The position numbers and the translations under genes are program-made. DNA of 64,000 nucleotides from Naegleria gruberi (Eukaryota). The DNA is taken from NCBI GenBank assembly GCA_000004985.1, contig GG738882.1; one strand, 5' to 3'. Below, piece by piece: positions 31,288 through 41,113 of the stretch (the stretch's first letter is position 1; each line of letters begins with the position of its first letter). The notes below the pieces were generated by a model, which saw only the letters and a program-made list of their open reading frames with translations, ran no database searches and was not told the DNA's origin.

Positions 31288-32518
31288 ATGACCTCTGATT
31301 GTACTTCATCAATAGGAATATTCATGATGGCTATGGGGGCTGTCTTATCAGCCATTTTCTATCATCACTTGTTATCCTTGAGGACTATTCAGGAACAGAG
31401 TGGAGGATCATCATGGTCAAATATTGATAATTACAAACCAAAGATTTATACAAGTGAACCAAATGAATATAGATTTGCAATGATTGCTGATTTGGACAAG
31501 GATTCAAAATATAAGAATGATTTCAAGTGGAGGAGTTTTGTGATTGTAAGTTTTAATGATGACAATATTGATGATGATTAATCCATTATTGGAATATAAA
31601 TTATAGAAAGGAATAGTGAAAAGAAAAGCAAATGGAAAATATTCCATAGAGTTTGGAAAGGATAATTCTAAATTTGAAATTCAATCCTTATTAGCAAGAA
31701 GAAATAGAAGTATGGAATTGAGTACTTTATCTTTGTGGAGAGGAAAGTTTTATGCTACTTGTGATTATACTGGAATTGTTTATGAAATTGATATGGAACA
31801 AGAAAGAGCTTATCCAAGACATGTTTTATATTCTGGAGATGGAAATACCAAGATTCCATTAAAGGCAGAATGGTCCACTGTTGGTCCTGATGATAGACTT
31901 TATATTGGATCTATTGGAAAGGAATGGGTTGCTAATGGAGAAGCACTCAATAGACATTGTGAATGGGTTAAGGTTATTGATAGAAAATCATACAAGGAGA
32001 TTTCAGTTGATTGGGGAGAAGTCTATATGAGATTAAGGCAATCTGTTAATGCTACTGAACCAGGTTATCTTATTCACGAATCTGTATTTTATGACAAATT
32101 TTTGAAAGAATGGATTTTCCTTCCAAGAAGACATTCTGAAGATGTAAAATATAATGAAAAATCCGATGAGTATTTGGGTGCAAATATCATGATCAGAACT
32201 GACATTGATTTACAACAAGTTAAGAAGGTTGTTAGAGTTGGCAGAAAGAGCGAAAATCCAGAAGAATTTTATGATAACTTTTTGGATAAGAGATTTGGTT
32301 TTACTGACATTGTCAGATTGACCAAGACAGCTGGTAATAACCACTACTTGGCCACAAGAGTTATTGAGGTTTCTCATCCAGAAGAAATAGTTGAGACCTA
32401 TCTTACAATTTTTGATGATAATGGTGTAGTTTTGCTTGATTCTCCAACTGGAGTTTTGGAATTGCCTGAAGAGCTTGGAAAAGGTGAGAAATACGAAGGA
32501 ATTGAAGTATTTGAATAA
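31288..32518 (+). CDS. Ca2+-dependent nucleotidase/apyrase (CANT1-like), type II membrane anchor
   Basis: Exons 31288..31545 and 31607..32518 with a 61-nt intron (ATT|GTAAGT ... ATTATAG). CDS 1170 nt = 389 aa. N-terminal signal anchor; blocks YRFAMIADLDKDSK, GKFYATCDYTGIVYEID, DDRLYIGSIGKEW and EWVKVID match CANT1. Confidence 0.8.
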
Positions 32519-32524
32519 ATAATT

Positions 32525-33856
32525 TTAATCTTTTTGATCTGTTAAGAATGAAAGAAATTCGTCATAAATGAAAGGGTCATCCATATCGTCCAAATATTCC
32601 TCTACATCCTCTGGTAGATCCAAATCTCTAAAGGTAAGTTTCTTGTTTTTCCAAACAATCAATTGTTGTCGTTGTCTTTCAGATGTGTATCCCAGATCAA
32701 GACCTCTTATGCATAGTGAAGGCTTTTCCTTCTTGGTTAATATGTGTTGTGTTTCTACAAATGGCGGAATATTATCCTCTTGAATGTTTTCTCTCATCAG
32801 GAAATCAGCTTCATCTCCCAAAGGTGAAGTAACACTATCAGCACTTTTGGCTTCCTTTGGCTTGCTTGTTTTAGAATTAATAGCTTTTACAATATCTACA
32901 GTTGGTGTGACAGATTTCTTTGGTGTGAGAATTCCTTTAGAATTAATACTGATACTGGTATGAGATGGAGAATTTGCAACATTGATAGAATCATGTTTGG
33001 TAATCTCTTCATAACCCTCCACAACAATTTTAATACCAGAGGCGTGTTTAAGAACATGTTCATCATCCTCTTGTGAAGCAGCTGATTTTCCATGCTTTTT
33101 TTTCTTTTTCTCATCTGTTACCAAGAGTTGAACTATTGCACTCGATGTCTTTACCCACTCTGGTAAATATCTTTTATCAATTTTAATAGGACCTTTCCAT
33201 TGTTTTACAAAATCAAAATCTTCTGTACTCAATTCTGATGTATATCTCGATAATTCATTCTTCATTGCTCCTTTACTCCAATTTTGTAATTTTCTAAAAC
33301 ACATCACCAATACACTTGAAACTTGAGTTCCATCCAAACAGTGACAATAAATAGGATGATATTTTGAATTTAAAAACATTTCAATAATGGAAGAAACTTC
33401 ACTAAATGACAATGAAACCTGTTCCTTATACTTTTGTGTATAGATGTGATGAATTTTAATATTTTCATATTCACAAAATTCCTTTAAATCTGTTATTGGT
33501 TTTTCCGGTATCAGTGATATAATGGTTTTTAATTTTAACCTCTTTAGATATCTTAAATTTCTCAGAGTTGGATAACCTCCAACAAATATATTCTGAGCAA
33601 TACATCTAAACCTAAATGGTGGATGTAAATGATTACATGGTTGTATGATTGGTAACTTGTCAGCCTTGTTCGGAGTCGTTGGTGATTCAAGTCTACTACT
33701 ATTAATAATTGGTGATGCCGATGATGAAACAACACTAGAAGGATCGGAATGAATAGATGAAGAAGAAGCAGAAGTTTGTAGTGTTGCTGGTTGTTGTGGT
33801 GAAGAGGGTGAAAGAATCGAGCTTAGGTTGATCGTAATGCTTGTTGATTTTCTCAT
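32525..33856 (-). CDS. PFA-DSP/Siw14-like (Y_phosphatase2) domain protein with non-canonical P-loop
   Basis: 443-aa single ORF. The domain runs from CIAQNIFVGGYPTLRNLRYLKRLKLKTIISL to HPIYCHCLDGTQVSSVLVMCFRKLQNW. The P-loop reads HCLDGTQVS where the family has HCKRGKHRTG: the Cys is kept but the conserved Arg is absent. Flanked by Ser-rich N-terminal and basic C-terminal low-complexity regions. Confidence 0.6.
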   Translation of the reverse strand: MRKSTSITINLSSILSPSSPQQPATLQTSASSSSIHSDPSSVVSSSASPIINSSRLESPTTPNKADKLPIIQPCNHLHPPFRFRCIAQNIFVGGYPTLRNLRYLKRLKLKTIISLIPEKPITDLKEFCEYENIKIHHIYTQKYKEQVSLSFSEVSSIIEMFLNSKYHPIYCHCLDGTQVSSVLVMCFRKLQNWSKGAMKNELSRYTSELSTEDFDFVKQWKGPIKIDKRYLPEWVKTSSAIVQLLVTDEKKKKKHGKSAASQEDDEHVLKHASGIKIVVEGYEEITKHDSINVANSPSHTSISINSKGILTPKKSVTPTVDIVKAINSKTSKPKEAKSADSVTSPLGDEADFLMRENIQEDNIPPFVETQHILTKKEKPSLCIRGLDLGYTSERQRQQLIVWKNKKLTFRDLDLPEDVEEYLDDMDDPFIYDEFLSFLTDQKD

Positions 33857-33971
33857 TTTTTTTAATTATTAAATTATTAAAATTGTAATATTACTGTCAG
33901 TCATTACAACAATCACTATTATTTGAAAATAATTTTCCATCTTCTCCAGTTTCAGAATTTGTTTTCTGTAT

Positions 33972-35156
33972 CTAGACTTTCTTCTTCTTATTGATTTGAA
34001 CAATTTCTTCATTGTTGGCCTTATTTGAAACTGTTGATGAGCTTTGTGGAGCTACGAAACGAGTGCTGATGTGACGCTTGGCAAGTTTCTGAGCTGCCTC
34101 TGATAATGATTGATATTGTTGAGTTAGTGGTTTTTGGAAAGGTGAAGATAATGGTGTGTTTGGTGTGGAAAAAGATCTGGTAGAAGTTGGAGTTCTGGAG
34201 TAGTTATATGTTTGATTTGGTGTCATACTTTCTCGTTTACGAATATTCTTACTGGCAGTGGCTGCTAGCTTTTGAGAAATAGCTTCTCTTTGGGGAGTTT
34301 CTGGAACTCTGAATGGAGATGATTCAATTGTACCCCATGTCATTATTTCAGCTGACTCTGATGGATGAATAATAGGTGTCTGTTCCAACATGTGACCATT
34401 TACAGTCATAGAGTTGTTAATTTGTTGACTAATTTTTTCTAACACCGATTTAGGATCTTCATCAAGGTCAAAATGCTTCTGTTCTTGAATAGTTCTTAAA
34501 CTTTCATTTTTAGTAATAACTTGAGCAGATACACGTGTACCATTGTGTTTGATAATTTTGTTTGAGGGTTCTGAACTTCTCTTGATTCCTGCTGGATAGA
34601 ACATTAGAGAATTCTTGTATTTTTCAACTTCCTCATCTTCATCAATTTGCAGTCGTTTTTCTAATGTTGTTTCATCCGAGTAAGCTATAATGTGATTATC
34701 ATAATCATCGATGTGTTCCAACATGAGTTTTTCATCCTTGGCACTCGTTATCGATTTAATACTGTTATTTACATTTTCAATTGGTAATACCAAACGATTT
34801 ACATTTGATTGAGCATTCTTATCATAAATCTTTTCAATTAATTTCTTATTTCGTATCTTCCATTCTTCCATGATTTCCGAGAATGAGGCATTATCCTCAC
34901 TAGTATATTTGTTTAAAAATTGATCGAGTGACATTTTGTTTTCTTTTCTTTCCGAATCACTCAATAAATTCGGATAGTAATCTCGTTTAATTATATAATC
35001 AACTTTTTTTATATATTCCTCTTCGGAAAGTATGATCTTTCCGTCTTTCGATCGAAGCACAACATCCTCCTGCTCATAATGTGCTAAACTAAGTAGTGAT
35101 GAAGGTGTTGAAAATTTCCTAGTTGACGATAATTCTCCCCTTTTGCTTGTCGACAT
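33972..35156 (-). CDS. splicing factor ESS2 (ES2/DGCR14) homolog
   Basis: 394-aa single ORF. Blocks matching human ESS2: ILSEEEYIKKVDYIIKRDYYPNL, LDQFLNKYTSEDNASFSEIMEE, NSLMFYPAG and MTWGTIESSPFRV. Confidence 0.75.
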   Translation of the reverse strand: MSTSKRGELSSTRKFSTPSSLLSLAHYEQEDVVLRSKDGKIILSEEEYIKKVDYIIKRDYYPNLLSDSERKENKMSLDQFLNKYTSEDNASFSEIMEEWKIRNKKLIEKIYDKNAQSNVNRLVLPIENVNNSIKSITSAKDEKLMLEHIDDYDNHIIAYSDETTLEKRLQIDEDEEVEKYKNSLMFYPAGIKRSSEPSNKIIKHNGTRVSAQVITKNESLRTIQEQKHFDLDEDPKSVLEKISQQINNSMTVNGHMLEQTPIIHPSESAEIMTWGTIESSPFRVPETPQREAISQKLAATASKNIRKRESMTPNQTYNYSRTPTSTRSFSTPNTPLSSPFQKPLTQQYQSLSEAAQKLAKRHISTRFVAPQSSSTVSNKANNEEIVQINKKKKV

Positions 35157-35358
35157 TTTTTAAAATTAATATAGTCAAAAGGAGGTTTCTGTTCTCAATT
35201 CCACATCAGCCATTTACTTGAAGTTCCTGTTCAATGATAGCCTAAAAATCAAAAAGCGGCAAAAAGGCGCTTAAAAAAGTGGTTTGAAAATTGTTCTTAG
35301 TAGTTTAGGTAAATTAACCACGGGTTTATTAGTAGAGGATAATTCATATCAAGTTAAA

Positions 35359-36703
35359 TCATTGGCTAATTGAGGAATGTCCCATACATTGACGACAAAC
35401 ACCACATTTGCATCCACAAACTCCTTTGCTAAAAGGTTCGTTACATTGAAGATGTAAGATTTTCTTATCTTTTTCGGCAATCAAATCCTTCCAATTATTA
35501 GTAACAATTTGTTGTTCCTTTTCATTCTTGTCAATAAGATCCTTAAGGTACTTCACTTCATCTTCAAGGTGCTTCACAAATTCAGTAAGATTGCTGATTT
35601 CTCCTTTGTGATCCTTTTTCAAAGATATCATTTCACCTCGGAGGGTCTTAATTTCTTCTTGATGCTTCTTTTCTGTCTTCTCTGTTTGATCCTGTTGCTT
35701 CTTTGCCATTAACTTCATTTCACCTTGAAGTGTCTTAATTTCTTCTTGATACTTCTTTGCCATTAACTTCATTTCATCTTGGAGTGTCTTCATTTCTTCT
35801 TGATGCTTCTTTGCCATTAACTTCATTTCACCTTGAAGTGTCTTAATTTCTTCTTGATACTTCTTTGCCATTAACTTCATTTCACCTTGGAGTGTCTTCA
35901 TTTCTTCTTGATGCTTCTTTTCTGTCTTCTCTGTTTGATCCTGTTGCTGCTTTGCCATTAACTTCATTTCACCTTGAAGTGTCTTCATTTCTTCTTGATA
36001 TCTGTTCCTCTCCTTAATGTTGTCAATTCTAAATTGATCAAGAAGACTGATGAAAACCTCCATATTTGCTTGAGAGTTATGATGAGCGTTTGGTATGGTA
36101 GCTTGAAAAACACTTGCTAACTCTTCCTTTGTCTCATTAGTAACATTGGTGCTTTCATTACTAGGGGTAGTTTCTAACTCTTCCTTTGTTTCCATAGCAT
36201 CATTAGTACTATCATTAATAGGAGTTGGGGAAGTTGCTACCTCTTCCTTTGTTTCTTTTGTAGGTTCACCGTTGTTAGTGTTCATAAAGTTTGCTGGTAA
36301 TGAATTTTGGTGTTGTTGCACAATTTGAAGGAGACAATTGAACAATTTTTTCCAACTTTGCTCTTTGAAGTAGAGAAATGTGTGAGCAGACTTCAGGTTG
36401 GTTTCTAAATATTCCAAAGCAGCCTTCTCAATTTGACTATTGGTAATACCATTGTGAGAGGACGTAAACTTCCCAGTAATGGAGGATGACTAGTAAGGCT
36501 ACTTTGTGGTTAGTTTCGGAATATAAAACTTCTTTCAAAGCCTTACTTAATTCCTTTGCAGAAGAAAAATCAAACTCTAACTCTTGAGTGATTCCTAACA
36601 ACCTATGAATGATACTGAATACAATCTTACGAGTGTTACTATTATCATATAACTTGTTGATACAAGTCGAAAGCATAGCGGTGTTTTCAGTTGTGAGTTT
36701 CAT
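35359..36703 (-). CDS. coiled-coil protein with seven tandem 17-aa repeats and a Cys-rich C-terminus; N-terminal region in a different frame, junction unresolved
   Basis: ORF 36437..36703 (MKLTTENTAMLSTCINKLYD..., ATG start) is followed by ORF 35359..36417 in another frame (ORF-track start TTG). Several weak-donor splice options rejoin the frames (for example a 40-nt GTTTTA...CTTACTAG intron). The repeat unit is QEE(M/I)KTLQGEMKLMAKK(Y/H/Q) and the tail is CNEPFSKGVCGCKCGVCRQCMGHSS. Confidence 0.45.
35590..36000. repeat. 51-nt coding tandem repeat array (about 7 units, two of them 81 nt), near-identical
   Basis: Period CTTCATTTCACCTTGAAGTGTCTTAATTTCTTCTTGATACTTCTTTGCCATTAA on the plus strand, with one or two substitutions per unit. 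Confidence 0.8.
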
Positions 36704-37964
36704 CTGGATTCGTTAAGGATTGATTTTGAGCTGTTTTTTTTGTTTTGTTATTGCGTTTCAAATCAAGGCTGGAAGAACAGAACATGCTGCATTTTACAAT
36801 GAATGGTAAAATTGGTGATTCTATTGAACAAACGTTTTAATTCATCAAAATAATAACATCTTTCGATGATACAAGACTCCCAAGTTTGCTCTCGGTTAAC
36901 GAAATTCTTGAAATTGTATGCTTCTCCTATGGTTGGATATCAATTAGCTATTCCTCTTGAGATTTAGCAATTAGATCAAGATGAACTATTTGAAATGTAA
37001 GGAAGATGAATTATTTTGACTTCAAGGAAGGAGAATTGAATATTCGTAACGAACGCAACCTATCCAATGAAAGAGGAACCTCTTAATATAACCAAACTTT
37101 CTAATATATTTACAAAATATATGTGATTTACATGACTACATAAAGTACAATGATTAAAACGAGGATGAGCACCTAAGATAGAAGTCATCCCAAACCGATT
37201 TACCACTAGATTCCACACTTGTTGAAGTTTCTGCTTCCTTGATATGAACAATCTTTTCCTCTTGCTCCTTAATGGTTTTCTTGGCTAAATCAACCATGTC
37301 TGGGAATAATTTAGTAAAGATGTGATTTTAGTTATTAACTTCATATCTCATCAGTGCCAATTTCTTCTTTTCTTCACTCAACCATTATCCTAGATTAGTT
37401 TTCCTATCAAAATCAAATGTTTGACACAAATGTAAAAGGTCTCTTGAATGCATCACACGCTGTCCTAGCATACTTCCATAGATTGAATCATTTTCCAAAA
37501 AGGAATCCTTTTAATATCGAATCAATATTCCACAATGGATTCCAACTCTCCTTATGAAAATTACTATTACCCATACAAGTTGGTGTGTTAGTTTAAATCT
37601 TCCATTTGGGTGTAATCATTTCAATTCCAATCATCAATATTATTATTTGATTTCCAATCATCAATGGAATAATAATTATAAACAAAATCTCTTATATGGA
37701 TCATACGGAAGTAAAATGCCACTCAAATATTGTTTTCCAAACAAAGGACAACATTCAATGTTCCATAGGATTTTTCTTGATTAATTGTAATTCCTTCTTT
37801 AATTATTAAAATAACATGCAGTAGCCACGTTCATTCTCTATTTTTTTTCTATTTCATTTTAAATATTAAATATCTGACATCCATGATATAAAAAGCAAGG
37901 ATTTGACAAGGAAGGAATAGTGGAACTTGTGACGTTCCTTATTTTCTTTATGTTCCAATACATT

Positions 37965-38427
37965 TCATGTCTTTCCAGAATTTACAGTTAAATGTTCTTC
38001 CTCTCCTTTATGTGAGTGTCCTCCATTACTATTCGAAGATCCGTGTGAATGTTCAGAGAAAACGACCAAAACACGAAAAATCTGTAAGAATTGTGCTCGA
38101 TTTTGTAAATTTTTCATTCTTGCCACCAACTTTGATCGATTTTTAATTTTAAATTCAGAGCAAGAATGGGACCACACGGTTCTTAATGGTTATCATCTAA
38201 TCACATGATATGAATGGATATGAATTCAGTATTAACACTAACAATAGATGAATCGTTATAATGATGTTATTTACACATAAACAGCTGTCAAACCGAATGT
38301 TGTGATCATCATGATGACTAGGTGATGATTCATCAATGAGCTTCTTTGATCCATCTTCATCTACCTCATTGCGATCATCAGCTTCTTCCTCTGCTGGTTC
38401 TTGGATCTTAGTGCCTTATTTCAAAGG
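37965..38427 (-). CDS. 3'-terminal exons of an unresolved multi-exon gene (acidic region plus His-rich tail)
   Basis: An exon reading ...GTKIQEPAEEEADDRNEVDEDGSKKLIDESSPSHHDDHNIRFDSCLC ends at TGT|GTAAAT. After a ~90-nt intron (TTCTTACAG) it joins IFRVLVVFSEHSHGSSNSNGGHSHKGEEEHLTVNSGKT plus stop, in frame (phase 0 to 0). I could not build the upstream exons. Confidence 0.25.
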
Positions 38428-39359
38428 GAAAACACCAACACAAAGGAACGCTCAATACGTTTGAAAATATATCAAAAATTAGGAAATAAATTCCTTATCA
38501 AACAAGGAGTGATGGCTATGAAGTTGAATGCAGAGTTGATGAGGAAGATTTAATGGTGGATTGAGAGCTTGGTTCTGATCCTCGGAATCAGATCATGAGG
38601 AGCAATTCATAATGGATCAACAAGAAGAGGGTGCAAATCTTAACAGATCGACATCAGTTGGTGAGTTGTTTGATGATATTGGAGGTTTTGATCGAGCTTT
38701 TGAAACATTCCTAATTTTCATGCTTATACTGATGAAAGTCTAAACAAGCCTGTTCATTACAAGAAGGAAATGGACCAAAGCGCTGGAACTAATCGAACAG
38801 CATGTACGTATTACTTTAATGTATCATTCAACTGTATCAGCGTTTACACTCAAAGGATAAGATTGTTCTTGGTATTGTGATATGGAGAAAACTCTCCACT
38901 CACCAATAACATTGTTCAACTCGTATAACGGAATTCATTTAGGTATGTTTTTTGTTTGTTTAAAACAAGTAATTCATCAGTATAGTTTTGCTGTCATTGT
39001 CAAGGTCCTTGAAAAGCAAGATAAGTTGTACATTCATGTGAGGCCAGTTAGGAATGGTGTGACAGCCACTCCATTTCTCCTAGTGAAGTACTTGGTCCTG
39101 CTGTGCTTGTCAAGGATATCAATGAAAAGCTTATGCTAGACCCTTTCTTAAATGTCATGCAATGCCATTGTACAGCGATGAAAACGACCTTCCCATTATA
39201 GAGATTGACAAAATTTAAAAAAATGGTTGCCAAATTATTCTCCACAAAATTCATCAAAAACTTAAAGACAAACGGAAATGGTGATGAAGGGAAGGGGTTT
39301 AAAAGCTGGGTAAAGTTGAATCTCAATTAATTTCAGTTCAGAAAGGTAATTTGTGAAAA

Positions 39360-40926
39360 CTATTTACTATTATTGGTTGTGCCTCCATTAAATATTTCAA
39401 TATCCTTCTTAGTTTGGAATTTAAAGTTCTTAAATGGATTGTCTGCAGCCTCTTCCTCATTTTCTTGACCAGTCTTTTCCTCTTCTTCATCTTGGTCCTC
39501 TGGCATTTTATATTGATTAAAATAGGAGGTATCCAGTTTGGATTGCAATTTAGGAATGATTGGAGGAACTTCATTTCTAATAAGAGCCCAACTGATATCC
39601 TTAAAGAATGCATGGGTTTTGATATCTGAAATACCATGCTGAGCTCCCAATCTTTTATCTTTATCTGTTATCAGTAATTGTGTCATCAAGTCTTTGGCCT
39701 GTTTACTCACAGGATATGCTGTTTTAGATGGAAAAGTGACTGGATTATTCAAAATATTAAAGAATGTTTCTCTCTGGGTTGACCCCTTAAATGGTGTAAA
39801 ACCAAATAGCATCTATTTCAATACAGAATTAGAAAAAATTTCTCCTCTAAACATACCTCATATAATAGAATACCCAATGTCCAAAAATCAACACAAGAAT
39901 TATGCTTTTTGCCTGACAAAATTTCTGGAGAGAGATATTCCTCTATTCCAAAGATTAGGCATTCTAAAGTTAAAACTGAAACTTACCGGTACCAATAAAT
40001 GAATCAAATTCCTGTATCTGTTTCAATTCGACAATACTTTGTTTCTGGGAGGAAAAGAAGGACTTTACAAGAGTTGGTGTAACTTGTTGAACTGATTGTT
40101 TTGATAAATCAAAATCGGTCAATCGAATATGACCAGAATGGTGAAGAAGTAAATTTTCTGGTTTGAGATCTCTATAAAGAAATCCCTTCATATGCAAATA
40201 TTCCAATGCCAATACAACTTCAGCTGCATAAAATCGAACTGTTGGTTCAGGCAAACATTTGTTTGGCTGCTTTTTCAAAACTCTATCAAAGATTATTAGA
40301 TAATTCTCTTAACAACTTACTTGAAAAACTCTCCTCCTGCACAATATTCCAAAATGAAATATAAATTCTCTTTTGTTTGGAAAGAACAAAATAGTGTTGT
40401 AATAAAAGGGTGGTCAACCGTTGCTAATATTTCTCTCTCTAAAAATCATTAAATCATCATGCCAACATAAAGACATACCTGTCAAGACTCGTTTCACTTT
40501 GTTTCTACTTATCATTTCCTCCTTGTTCAGTATTTTCATTGCAAAATAAAGATCTGTTCCTTTCAGTAACACTAAATAAACTCTTCCAACATCACCTTTT
40601 CCAATTAACTTTAATTTTTGAAAATCATCAACACCCAATTTAGAATAATCAATCTTTGGACGGCCACAAGCAACTGGTAATTGTTGTGGATTCTTTGGTG
40701 GAGGTAATACACCAATTCTATTTCTTGTCTCTTCGGGAAGTGTACTCTTCAACTTTTCATCTTTTGTATTTTCCAATCTATCCAATTCGATCTGTTGTGT
40801 GCTCATCTGTTCAGCCATTATTTCCTCGAATGACTTTCCACTATTAGATGTATAAAGGTGATTGGATGATACTGGCAGTGGTGTGCCAGTGCCCAATGCA
40901 TTTGACGAGGAAGATGATGGAATCAT
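39360..40926 (-). CDS. AGC-family Ser/Thr protein kinase (DFD-type with activation-segment insert, AGCVIII/NDR-like)
   Basis: Five exons 40479..40926, 40321..40369 (49-nt microexon [16 protein letters not shown]), 39987..40282, 39857..39942 and 39360..39812. Introns 109, 38, 44 and 44 nt. CDS 1332 nt = 443 aa. Motifs [34 protein letters not shown] with a ~45-aa insert, SFIGTEEYLSPE, and the hydrophobic motif FKNFKF. Confidence 0.85.
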
Positions 40927-41113
40927 TTTTTACTGTTGAATCTTGTTAATAAAAATACTTTTTTTAATAGATATTTATACCATATTCGTCACGTGATGAG
41001 CGCCAATGGTCATATTCTTTTATAAATTTAATATTAATGCATATGAATCAGATTGCTGCTTTAAATTAGTATTATCTCGATTGTAAATTTAAATATTAAT
41101 CAATATTAAAAAA
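40927..41113. promoter_or_regulatory. inferred bidirectional promoter region between the AGC kinase and SMG1 genes
   Basis: 187-bp AT-rich segment between divergent start codons. Confidence 0.3.

Noticed and set aside
35590-36000. Regular 51-nt direct repeats that could be mistaken for a CRISPR-like or satellite array
   Set aside because: The repeats are in frame inside a long minus-strand ORF and encode a 17-aa coiled-coil heptad unit; there are no spacers. This is a coding tandem repeat.
37060-37300. Possible tiny two-exon gene: MVDLAKKTIKEQEEKIVHIKEAETSTSVESS joined by a 31-nt GTAAAT...TCTTAG intron to the ORF 37060..37251
   Set aside because: The intron would be shorter than any confirmed intron here (37 nt minimum), and the 78-aa product has no recognisable features. 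More likely the first exon belongs to an unresolved gene in the 36.7-39.3 kb region.
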